NCBI GenBank assembly: GCA_003542655.1
Contig: DPKF01000031.1
Coordinates: 1-33,806 of the forward strand
Origin: Holosporales bacterium
GTDB taxonomy: Bacteria > Pseudomonadota > Alphaproteobacteria > Paracaedibacterales > UBA11393
Direction: 5' to 3'
DNA length: 33,806 nucleotides
The position numbers were made by a program, and so were the translations under genes. The notes beneath the pieces were generated by a model. The model had not been told where the DNA came from, did not search any database, and saw only the letters and a program-made list of their open reading frames with translations. Of this stretch, positions 27,030-33,806 are shown piece by piece. Numbering within the stretch: position 1 is the stretch's first letter; each line of letters starts with the position of its first letter.

Positions 27030-27481
27030 GTGTGGGGAGAGAAAGGAAAACGTCAGCGCATTTTAAAAGACCTTCGTTTTAAGTATACCTATATTTATGG
27101 TGCAATATGTCCGGAGCGCGATACGGGTGAGGCCATTATCGTTAATGAAGTTTCAAAAGTAGCTATGGAAAAACATCTGATGCTGTCAGTAAAATTATTC
27201 CAATAGATCGACATGCTCTCATGGTTATGGATAAAGCGCCGTGGCACAGATTTTTAAATGTTCCTAAAAATATCACGATTGTTCATTTACCTTCGTATAG
27301 TCCAGAACTGAATCCACATGAAAACATTTGGGAATATATGAAAAATAACTTTCTCTCAAATCGTGTGTTTAATACTGTGGATGATATCCTTGAGGCGTGT
27401 TGTGAGGCATGGAATAAACTTACTGCTGAGAAAGGACGTATCACTTCTATTGGAACTAGAACTTGGGCAAACATTACCTAA
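27030..27481 (+). pseudogene. IS630-family transposase, C-terminal part only, frameshifted
   Basis: My translation gives VWGEKGKRQRILKDLRFKYTYIYGAICPERDTGEAIIVNEVSKVAMEKHL in one frame. It then continues as DAVSKIIPIDRHALMVMDKAPWH...LPSYSPELNPHENIWEYMK (DDE catalytic region) in another frame. The switch is at about 27179. The N-terminal roughly 150 aa are missing. Confidence 0.8.
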
Positions 27482-27717
27482 AATTTTATGAAAATGGTAT
27501 GATAAGCATCTGGATACTTTTCAATATCCTGCTTTAGAGCATCCATATCTATTTTTGTGGCCGGCTTATGACGAGTGGCATGTGGTTCAATCTTTTTTGA
27601 CCAACGAAATAAGGTCGCCATAGAAATATTAAATAATTGGGAGATTTCTAGAAAGGTTAAATTTTGATCAGCTTTAATGCTAAAAATCTTGCGGCGCAAA
27701 TCTAAGGAGTAAGTCAT
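27478..27717 (-). pseudogene. IS630-family transposase, N-terminal HTH fragment only
   Basis: MTYSLDLRRKIFSIKADQNLTFLEISQLFNISMATLFRWSKK...LKQDIEKYPDAY matches IS630 N-terminal HTH regions. Similarity stops after PDAYH (about 27499), where it meets the end of the opposite-strand fragment. Confidence 0.8.
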
Positions 27718-27839
27718 GGAATAGTGGCTAAATAATATTATTATACCTCATTTTATACTGGTTTAGCTATATCATACACATAAAAACACAGAACCAGTAA
27801 AAATTTTTCATCCCGAATTGGGGCCTTGTGCAAGCGATG

Positions 27840-28091
27840 TTACAGTACCTCAATTTGTATAGCATGCAACCCTTTTTTTAAAACAACATCTAACGCATGA
27901 TATATTTTTTGATGGATTTGAATTTTTGTTAGCGAGCTAAAAGATTCAGATTTAATTGAAATTTTAACATGCGTTATACCTGTATCGCTTCCCTCGTAAT
28001 GATCAGCGTGCTTATATGAATGGTCTTCTATCTTCAAAACATCAGGGGACAATATGTTTAACGCCTCTTCAATTTCTAATAAAGTAATCAT
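27840..28091 (-). CDS. BolA-family protein
   Basis: 83 aa. The pattern ...HVKISIKSESFSSLTKIQIHQKIYHALDVVLKKGLHAIQIE matches BolA (H.f.v.ivs..F.g....rH..vy..l....iHAl). Confidence 0.85.
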   Translation of the reverse strand: MITLLEIEEALNILSPDVLKIEDHSYKHADHYEGSDTGITHVKISIKSESFSSLTKIQIHQKIYHALDVVLKKGLHAIQIEVL

Positions 28092-28159
28092 AATCTATAT
28101 AATATTTTGTAATAGGATATATTTTGCATTGTAATACATATAAATGGCATTATAAAACT

Positions 28160-29032
28160 ATGAAAAAAATATATAGACAAAAAACACTTCAAGCCCCTGT
28201 AAGGTTACAAGGGATTGGCGTGCATTCCGGCACTTCTATAAATCTAGCGCTCATGCCCGCATCTGTTGATCACGGCATCAAATTTCAAAGAACAGATGTT
28301 GATGCGCATAATCTTATTGAGGCAACCTATAACCTTGTATCAGACACAAAAATGTCGACAACGCTAACCAATGAAAATGGTGTTAGCATTTCAACTGTAG
28401 AACATCTCATGGCAGCGCTTTCTGGTTATGGAATTACCAATTGTCTTATTCAAGTATCAGGCTCTGAAATACCCATTATGGATGGAAGTGCCCAAAATTT
28501 TTGTCATGCTATCCAGACAGCGGGTATAAAAACACAAGAAAAATCGACTCAATCTGTTAAAGTATTAAAGACGATTCGTGTCACAGCGGGAACGTCTTGG
28601 GCAGAATTATCCCCATCTTCAGAGCGCACCTTTACAATTAATTTTGATTTTTCAAACCGCTTGCCAAGCACACTGAAACAATCAAAAGATATAACGTTCA
28701 ACCTAGAAGACGAAGATTTTCATTTATTATTTGCAAAAGCACGCACTTTTGGGTTATTTGAGGATGCACAAAAGGTACAAGCTATGGGCCTTGCAAAAGG
28801 CGCAAGCTTAGACAATACAATTATTATTAAAGATGAGGGCGTCTTAAACCCCGAAGGGCTCCGTCACCCAGATGAGTTTTCACACCATAAAATATTGGAT
28901 GCTATCGGCGATTTAGCTTTATGTGACCAAACCATAATGGGTGCTTACACTGCTTATAATGGATCACATGACCTAAACAACAAACTACTGCGTGCACTTT
29001 TTAATACGCCAAGTGCATGGAAAAACACTTAA
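28160..29032 (+). CDS. lpxC: UDP-3-O-acyl-N-acetylglucosamine deacetylase LpxC
   Basis: MKKIYRQKTLQAPVRLQGIGVHSG...TVEHLMAAL...HHKILDAIGDLAL. I start it at ATG 28160, which matches the LpxC N-terminus, rather than the track's upstream non-ATG start at 28124. Confidence 0.93.
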   Translation: MKKIYRQKTLQAPVRLQGIGVHSGTSINLALMPASVDHGIKFQRTDVDAHNLIEATYNLVSDTKMSTTLTNENGVSISTVEHLMAALSGYGITNCLIQVSGSEIPIMDGSAQNFCHAIQTAGIKTQEKSTQSVKVLKTIRVTAGTSWAELSPSSERTFTINFDFSNRLPSTLKQSKDITFNLEDEDFHLLFAKARTFGLFEDAQKVQAMGLAKGASLDNTIIIKDEGVLNPEGLRHPDEFSHHKILDAIGDLALCDQTIMGAYTAYNGSHDLNNKLLRALFNTPSAWKNT

Positions 29033-29036
29033 AAAC

Positions 29037-29249
29037 ATGAGTATTCAAAAACGCTCACTCACTCTATTTTCACACAGGACAAGCATTAGCTTAGAACCTG
29101 ATTTTTGGCATGCCTTAAATGATATAGCAAAAAACAAGCAATTATCGCTTCAAAAACTTATTGAACTTATTGACCAGCAACGAGAAAATAATAATTTATC
29201 ATCTGCTATCCGGATATATGTTCTACACTATTTTCAAAAAAATATATAA
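29037..29249 (+). CDS. Ribbon-helix-helix domain protein (RHH_4-like)
   Basis: SHRTSISLEPDFWHALNDIAKNKQLSLQKLIELID....NLSSAIRIYVLHYF matches the RHH_4 pattern. I start it at ATG 29037 (MSIQKRSL). The longer track ORF would overlap lpxC. Confidence 0.75.
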   Translation: MSIQKRSLTLFSHRTSISLEPDFWHALNDIAKNKQLSLQKLIELIDQQRENNNLSSAIRIYVLHYFQKNI

Positions 29250-29272
29250 AAAAAGTCCCACTTAGTGGGACT
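29247..29272 (-). terminator. Rho-independent terminator for the minus-strand gene 29297-30403 (hairpin shared with the plus-strand RHH gene end)
   Basis: AGTCCCAC (29254-29261), loop TTA, GTGGGACT (29265-29272). On the minus strand a 7-T run follows the hairpin. On the plus strand no T-run follows. Confidence 0.6.
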
Positions 29273-29296
29273 ATGCAGAATATTTAAAAAAATACT

Positions 29297-30403
29297 TCAC
29301 GAATTTAAAATAAAATTTAACATCATTGCTAAAGACTTCATCGCCCTATTACGGACGCCCTCTAAACAACCACCATTTTCTTTATAGTTTTCCATTATTT
29401 GCTGTAAAACAAGATATTTAAGCGTGCCAAAAGTGGTATCACCATCAAGCGCCTTAAGCTCATCTAAAATAGAAATTGTATAAGCCACAAGTGATAAAAC
29501 TTTAGGGCGATTTGCCGCTTGCATTACTGCACCCGCAATCCATCTTTCTCCTGCTTCAGCTGAAAAACCATGTTGCGCTTGTACGCTATCATCTGGAAAA
29601 TGGCTCATAAAACGAAAAAGCACTTGATAAACTTCAGAACGCTTAGGGCCTTCTGCTTCTGCTGCAGCTTCTTCCTTGTAGTCAGCCTTACCAAAACCCA
29701 TATCGTTTGCTACTTGTAATAATGCATCAATATTTGCTGCACAAAAATCGTCATGCTGATGCACATCACCAAAAGTATTAATCTGTGTCAGAACGGATGC
29801 AACAACTTGACGCATATCAGACACTTTAGGATGCCTGCGTGCAGATAACATTTTAATAACAACTAATTCTCTTGCTGCATTAGCAACAGCATATTGTGCT
29901 GGTAAAGGAATACCAAATAATACATGCTTAATATGGGCTATATCACTTGATGAAAAATGATCACCAAGAGCGGCAGTTATATTATCGGGACCAATCGCTT
30001 CCAACGCCCCTAAAATGATACCTGCCTGTTTTAATTTTTCTGCAAGAGATTCTGGCAATTCTGGTGCTGCATGTCTAACAGACCTTGTGCCTTCTGGCCT
30101 CACCGATAGTGCAGCAGGCGCAGCTGCTTCAGGATGTGCAAATAAAACGCTAGAAATAACTGCTAAATCATGCTGTGACAATCCGCTATCAGAAAATACA
30201 GCACGGACGTCCTCAGCATTATGAAATTGTCTTAAAACATCAGCGTGAATATCATTTTCTATCAGTTTGAACACTAATGCACTTGGTAGCCCCTCAATTC
30301 CATATTGTGCTGCAATAGATTGCTCTAGCGCATCATCATCTGATGCAAATACCTGTGTCATCAGTGTTGTAACGAACACCATTTTAAAAAAAACTTTTTT
30401 CAT
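29297..30403 (-). CDS. Secreted hypothetical protein with an internal roughly 52-aa duplication
   Basis: Signal peptide MKKVFFKMVFVTTLMTQVFA. Two related segments, LPSALVFKL...SQHDLAVISSVLFAHP and LPESLAEKL...SSSDIAHIKHVLFGIP. Good AAGGA SD. No family recognised. Confidence 0.6.
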   Translation of the reverse strand: MKKVFFKMVFVTTLMTQVFASDDDALEQSIAAQYGIEGLPSALVFKLIENDIHADVLRQFHNAEDVRAVFSDSGLSQHDLAVISSVLFAHPEAAAPAALSVRPEGTRSVRHAAPELPESLAEKLKQAGIILGALEAIGPDNITAALGDHFSSSDIAHIKHVLFGIPLPAQYAVANAARELVVIKMLSARRHPKVSDMRQVVASVLTQINTFGDVHQHDDFCAANIDALLQVANDMGFGKADYKEEAAAEAEGPKRSEVYQVLFRFMSHFPDDSVQAQHGFSAEAGERWIAGAVMQAANRPKVLSLVAYTISILDELKALDGDTTFGTLKYLVLQQIMENYKENGGCLEGVRNRAMKSLAMMLNFILNS

Positions 30404-30447
30404 ACCTTTTCCTTATATTATTTTTTTTAACTTACTAGTATATACAA

Positions 30448-30476
30448 AACATAATGTCTCTAGATCAAAAAGTCAA
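30448..30476 (-). promoter_or_regulatory. Candidate sigma-70-type promoter for the 29297-30403 gene
   Basis: The minus strand reads TTGACT, a 17-nt spacer, then TATGTT, in the 92-nt gap after flhB. By-eye match only. Confidence 0.3.
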
Positions 30477-30495
30477 TGTTTGTTTTTAATATGTT

Positions 30496-31575
30496 TTAAT
30501 AAATCGTTTTTTGTTTCATTTCCATCACAATGCGCAAAACAGCCGCAACAGATTTATAGAATTTTGGTGGAATTTCGTCTTCTATATCAACCAGACCATA
30601 CAAAGAACGCGTCAACGGTGGGTTTTCAATCACGGGTATATTATTATTTTTTGCAACTTCCCTTATGCGTAACGCAACAGCATCTTGCCCCTTTGCAACC
30701 ACAATAGGGGCATGCATACTGTCTTCGTCCCATTTTAAGGCAATTGAGTAGTGCGTTGGGTTTGTAAGAATAACTGTTGCTTTTGGGACTTCCGCCATCA
30801 TACGCTTACGTGATTTTTCCATCCGCAACTGCTTTAATTTTTGCTTAATTTCTGGGTCTCCATCAGCTTCCTTATGCTCTTTTTTTAAGTCATATTTACT
30901 CATACGCATTTTTTTAAAATAACTAAAACGCTGATAAAAATAATCACCCACAGCAATAAAACCAAATGCAATAATCAAACTTAAATAGACAACAAAATTT
31001 AAATCATATATAACTTTTCCAAACTCCGATGTGCTTAGCCACATCCAAGTACTTAAAAATTTTGTTTCATCATGCAAACTGATATATAAAGCACCACCAA
31101 GCACAATTAATTTAGCAACATTTTTCAATGAATCGACTAGGTTTTCTTTTGAAAAGATCTTCTTAAACCCCTTTTTTAAAGATAAATTAGAAAATTTAGG
31201 TTTAATCGATTTAAACGTAATAGCGCCCCATTTTTGCGGTAAACCACCAAGTAAGGCGGCCACAAAAAGCACAATCATAGTTGGCGCTAATATTTTTAAA
31301 AGAACAATATAAACATGCCACCCTACTTTTTTTGTGCTTATTTCTAAATCAAACGTATGAGGACGCTCTATAAAAACGAGGCTATCTGTCAGCATTGTTT
31401 TTACAGACCAAGGCAGTACATACAAAATGCAAATGGCGCTACTCATAATCATACAAAAGGTGATAATTTCTTTTGAAAAAACAACATTACCCTCCTCTTT
31501 GGCTTTCTCTAATTTTCGACTAGAAGGTTCTTCAGTCTTATCATCACTATCATCATCGCCCTTATCCTCAGACAT
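30496..31575 (-). CDS. flhB: Flagellar export apparatus protein FlhB
   Basis: The NPTH autocleavage site is present (LTNPTHYSIALKW). Charged N-terminus, four TM helices, 359 aa. Starts 3 nt after the fliR stop. Confidence 0.93.
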   Translation of the reverse strand: MSEDKGDDDSDDKTEEPSSRKLEKAKEEGNVVFSKEIITFCMIMSSAICILYVLPWSVKTMLTDSLVFIERPHTFDLEISTKKVGWHVYIVLLKILAPTMIVLFVAALLGGLPQKWGAITFKSIKPKFSNLSLKKGFKKIFSKENLVDSLKNVAKLIVLGGALYISLHDETKFLSTWMWLSTSEFGKVIYDLNFVVYLSLIIAFGFIAVGDYFYQRFSYFKKMRMSKYDLKKEHKEADGDPEIKQKLKQLRMEKSRKRMMAEVPKATVILTNPTHYSIALKWDEDSMHAPIVVAKGQDAVALRIREVAKNNNIPVIENPPLTRSLYGLVDIEDEIPPKFYKSVAAVLRIVMEMKQKTIY

Positions 31576-31578
31576 AGA

Positions 31579-32352
31579 TCACCTTTTTTGAAAAATTTTA
31601 ATAAAGTTTTCCGAAAAAACAATTTGAAAACCGTTTAGCAGATGCCCTATCAGCAAAGACATCATTAAAAAACCCACAAAAACTTGGGCTGGCATAATAA
31701 TGCTAAACACCTGAATTTGTGGGATAATTTTATTTAAAAGCCCAATACTAAAATTTAAAATTAGCGCCACAATGATAAATGGGTAAGCAAATTGCAGACC
31801 AAGTAAAAACATTTTTTGAAAACTATCAAGTAAACTTATTTTAAAATCATGCAACACGCCAAGCTGATGAATATCAATAAATTCATAGGAATGATATAAA
31901 ACCTGCACAAGCGTATGATGAAAATTTGCTGCAAACAACAAAACAACTGCACCAACTGTTAAAGCGAGTGTAGGTAACATTGTTTGTGAGCCACTAGATG
32001 GATTAAAAAGCATCGCACTGGATAACCCAGATTCCATACCAATAATATGCCCTAAAATATCAATCAAAAAAAACAAAACCTTTGCAGATAACCCTATAAA
32101 TGCCCCCATACCAAATTCTAAAAGCATTAAATATAGAATATTTATTTGATTCAGGTCACTTGTCGTTGGAAGAAACTTACTAATAAGTGGCGTTAAAAAT
32201 ATGGCAAGCGTTGCGGCCAACATAACCTTAGCTTGTGATACAATTTCTTTTTGCGAAAAAATAGGCGCCATCATAATCAAACCTAATACACGGGCAAAAC
32301 ACAAGAAAAACGGATAAAGCCCGTCCAAGGCCAGATTATGGACATTATTCAT
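31579..32352 (-). CDS. fliR: Flagellar export apparatus protein FliR
   Basis: 257-aa polytopic membrane protein located between fliQ and flhB. The N-terminus FFLCFARVLGLIMMAPIFS is typical of FliR. Confidence 0.9.
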   Translation of the reverse strand: MNNVHNLALDGLYPFFLCFARVLGLIMMAPIFSQKEIVSQAKVMLAATLAIFLTPLISKFLPTTSDLNQINILYLMLLEFGMGAFIGLSAKVLFFLIDILGHIIGMESGLSSAMLFNPSSGSQTMLPTLALTVGAVVLLFAANFHHTLVQVLYHSYEFIDIHQLGVLHDFKISLLDSFQKMFLLGLQFAYPFIIVALILNFSIGLLNKIIPQIQVFSIIMPAQVFVGFLMMSLLIGHLLNGFQIVFSENFIKIFQKR

Positions 32353-32358
32353 AGAGCA

Positions 32359-32637
32359 CTACCTATTGATTCCACCAGAATTGGTAATTTTTACGAAGAG
32401 CGTTCTTGTAAATGTTTCAAAAGATGGCACTAGATAAGGCAAAACAATTAAGCCCATTGCGATCACAGCAACAAATTTAGGAACAAAGGTTAGTGTCATT
32501 TCTTGAATTTGCGTAATGGCCTGAATAAGCGACACAACCATACCCAACACCAATGCGGTTAGAACCATCGGTGCCGATAATTTAAGAATTAAGAAGGACA
32601 TTTCCTGTAGTATGACAATGACCTCAGCTGCATTCAT
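32359..32637 (-). CDS. fliQ: Flagellar export apparatus protein FliQ
   Basis: 92 aa. LSAPMVLTALVLGMVVSLIQAITQIQEMTLTFVPKFVAV closely parallels E. coli FliQ [38 protein letters not shown]. Confidence 0.93.
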   Translation of the reverse strand: MNAAEVIVILQEMSFLILKLSAPMVLTALVLGMVVSLIQAITQIQEMTLTFVPKFVAVIAMGLIVLPYLVPSFETFTRTLFVKITNSGGINR

Positions 32638-32702
32638 AGCATGGCCTCAAGAATTGACTGATATAAAAACGTATCATTTTGCAAGATAACTCCATAAAAT
32701 TC

Positions 32703-32732
32703 TTGACATCCTTTAAGCAAATAGTGTATAAA
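32703..32732 (+). promoter_or_regulatory. Candidate sigma-70 promoter for rplU-rpmA
   Basis: TTGACA (32703-32708), an 18-nt spacer, TATAAA (32727-32732), about 68 nt upstream of the rplU ATG. Confidence 0.4.
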
Positions 32733-32799
32733 GGATGAATGAGTTTATTTTTTTAAACTCTCTCTATAATTATTTAAACATTTCTGGAGTGTTGAATCA

Positions 32800-33114
32800 A
32801 TGTTTGCAGTTTTAAAGACTGGCGGGAAACAGTACCGCGTAGAAGAAAATAACCTTATTCGTGTTGAAAAAATCGAAGCAGAAGAAGGTTCTACGATCAC
32901 TTTATCTGACATTTTGATGACAGATGATGGCGCTAAAATAAAAGTTGGTTCTCCTTTATTAAAGTCAGCAACGGTTGAAGCAATGGTTGTACGCCAAATG
33001 CGTGACCGTAAAGTTTTGGTCTTCAAAAAGAAACGCCGTCAAAATTATCGTCGCATGAAAGGACATCGTCAACATTTGACAGTCCTGCGCATTACAAAAA
33101 TCAACGCAGCATAA
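32800..33114 (+). CDS. rplU: 50S ribosomal protein L21
   Basis: MFAVLKTGGKQYRVEENNLIRVEKI is the canonical L21 N-terminus. 104 aa. Confidence 0.97.
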   Translation: MFAVLKTGGKQYRVEENNLIRVEKIEAEEGSTITLSDILMTDDGAKIKVGSPLLKSATVEAMVVRQMRDRKVLVFKKKRRQNYRRMKGHRQHLTVLRITKINAA

Positions 33115-33138
33115 AGCTGTTTATTAGGAGCATTCGTC

Positions 33139-33396
33139 ATGGCAACAAAAAAAGCTGGTGGTAGTTCGAAGAACGGTCGCGATTCTGAAAGTAAACGACT
33201 TGGTGTGAAACGTTATGGTGGTCAATTTGTTTTGGCTGGTAACATTTTAGTGCGCCAACGTGGCACAAAATTTTATGCTGGTTCTAATGTTGGAATGGGT
33301 AAAGATCATACTTTATTTGCAACACAAGATGGTATTGTGGAATTCAGCAAGGGATTCAAAGGTCGTTCCTTCATCACCATTAATTCTGTTATATAA
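33139..33396 (+). CDS. rpmA: 50S ribosomal protein L27
   Basis: [48 protein letters not shown] is the canonical L27 sequence. Confidence 0.97.
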   Translation: MATKKAGGSSKNGRDSESKRLGVKRYGGQFVLAGNILVRQRGTKFYAGSNVGMGKDHTLFATQDGIVEFSKGFKGRSFITINSVI

Positions 33397-33414
33397 TAAA
33401 ATATATAGTTTCAT

Positions 33415-33443
33415 AAGGGGGCTTATTTTAAGCCCCCTTTTTA
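33415..33443 (+). terminator. Rho-independent terminator after rpmA
   Basis: AAGGGGGCTT (33415-33424), loop ATTTT, AAGCCCCCTT (33430-33439), running into a T tract. Confidence 0.75.
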
Positions 33444-33456
33444 TGGCCTGTGCACA

Positions 33457-33806
33457 ATGATTATAACAGACACAAAAAACACACCCATCCTACAGAGTGA
33501 ATTAGCAACAGGTCTTTACGTGGTTCCAACCCCCATTGGAAACTTAAAAGACATCACTTTACGGGCACTAGAAATACTCAAAAGTGTTGATTACATCTAC
33601 TGTGAAAACATCAGACATTCTAAAAAGCTATTATCACACTATAAAATAGAAACGCCGCTTCGAACTTATAACGACCATAGCAATGCAAAAGACCGTATTC
33701 ATATTATTGAAACAGCTAAAACCCATTCAATAGCCCTGATTACGGATGCTGGCATGCCATTAATATCTGATCCTGGCTACAAATTAATTCAAGAATTTTA
33801 TAACCA
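33457..33806 (+). CDS. rsmI: 16S rRNA (cytidine1402-2'-O)-methyltransferase RsmI, N-terminal part; runs off the window
   Basis: My translation from ATG 33457 is MIITDTKNTPILQSELATGLYVVPTPIGNLKDITLRALEILKSVDYIYCENIRHSKKLL...ITDAGMPLISDPGYKL. These are typical RsmI / tetrapyrrole-methylase-fold motifs. Confidence 0.88.
   Translation, partial: MIITDTKNTPILQSELATGLYVVPTPIGNLKDITLRALEILKSVDYIYCENIRHSKKLLSHYKIETPLRTYNDHSNAKDRIHIIETAKTHSIALITDAGMPLISDPGYKLIQEFYN

Larger units (their letters stand above)
27030..27765. mobile_element. Composite remnant of two inverted IS630-family copies
   Basis: The two transposase fragments above lie on opposite strands and meet at about 27482-27499. The outer right boundary near 27765 is only estimated, from a weak similarity (ATTTTAT..TGGT) between the two presumptive ends. 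Confidence 0.55.

Noticed and set aside
28124-28159. Upstream extension of lpxC (track start 28124), and similarly of the RHH gene (28992-29036)
   Set aside because: The extensions add residues not found at the N-termini of these families. The RHH extension overlaps lpxC. In-frame ATGs at 28160 and 29037 match the expected N-termini.
32680-32694. Sigma-54-like promoter TGGAGTTATCTTGCA on the minus strand about 45 nt upstream of fliQ. The 9-mer TGGAGTTAT also occurs at 7537-7545 upstream of the sigma-54 activator gene.
   Set aside because: The GG-to-GC spacing is 9 nt rather than the strict 10 nt of TGGCAC-N5-TTGC. The copy at 7537 has no GC element at all. A single shared 9-mer could be chance in a window of this size. 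It is worth rechecking only with a genome-wide sigma-54 motif model.
32745-33026. 93-aa minus-strand ORF
   Set aside because: It is antisense to rplU, whose product is unmistakable, and it starts inside the rplU promoter/leader region.
1-33806. Scan of intergenic gaps for tRNA, rRNA, tmRNA, riboswitch and CRISPR-like repeats
   Set aside because: By eye I found no cloverleaf-compatible segments, no regularly spaced direct repeats and no rRNA-like conserved blocks. Absence by eye is not proof, so tRNAscan-SE/Infernal should confirm.

Overview
AT-rich chromosomal segment that looks alphaproteobacterial. The evidence is a PopZ/DUF2497 homologue, a DUF1058 SH3-like protein, an RHH_4 protein after lpxC, the rpoZ-spoT pair, and a FlbD/FleQ-like sigma-54 activator next to flhA. 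A host-associated Holosporales/Rickettsiales-like lineage is only my inference. Most of the window is housekeeping. It includes envelope genes (lptF/G-family permease, surA, class A PBP, lpxB, lpxC, pal, tolC), dut, leuS, spoT/rsh, rpoZ, bolA-like, rplU-rpmA and rsmI. Flagellar export genes sit at two separate sites: flhA at 8.9-11.0 kb and fliQ-fliR-flhB at 30.5-32.6 kb. The clear accessory region is 24.4-27.8 kb, between rpoZ and bolA. It holds two tandem toxin-immunity modules. One is a signal-peptide HNH (colicin-DNase/AHH-like) toxin with a SUKH/SMI1-KNR4 immunity gene. The other is a 5'-truncated PD-(D/E)xK toxin domain with a 248-aa partner of unassigned family. This island abuts two inverted, degraded IS630-family transposase fragments. 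The second notable item is a divergent, stand-alone Hcp-like (type VI secretion tube family) ORF at 6900-7493, directly upstream of the sigma-54 activator and flhA. Other items worth a look are a PopZ with a long Q/P-rich linker, a membrane protein with an NPY(G/D)-repeat N-terminal tail, and a secreted 368-aa protein with an internal duplication downstream of flhB. I found no tRNA, rRNA or CRISPR array. All family assignments come from reading motifs by eye and need profile searches to confirm.
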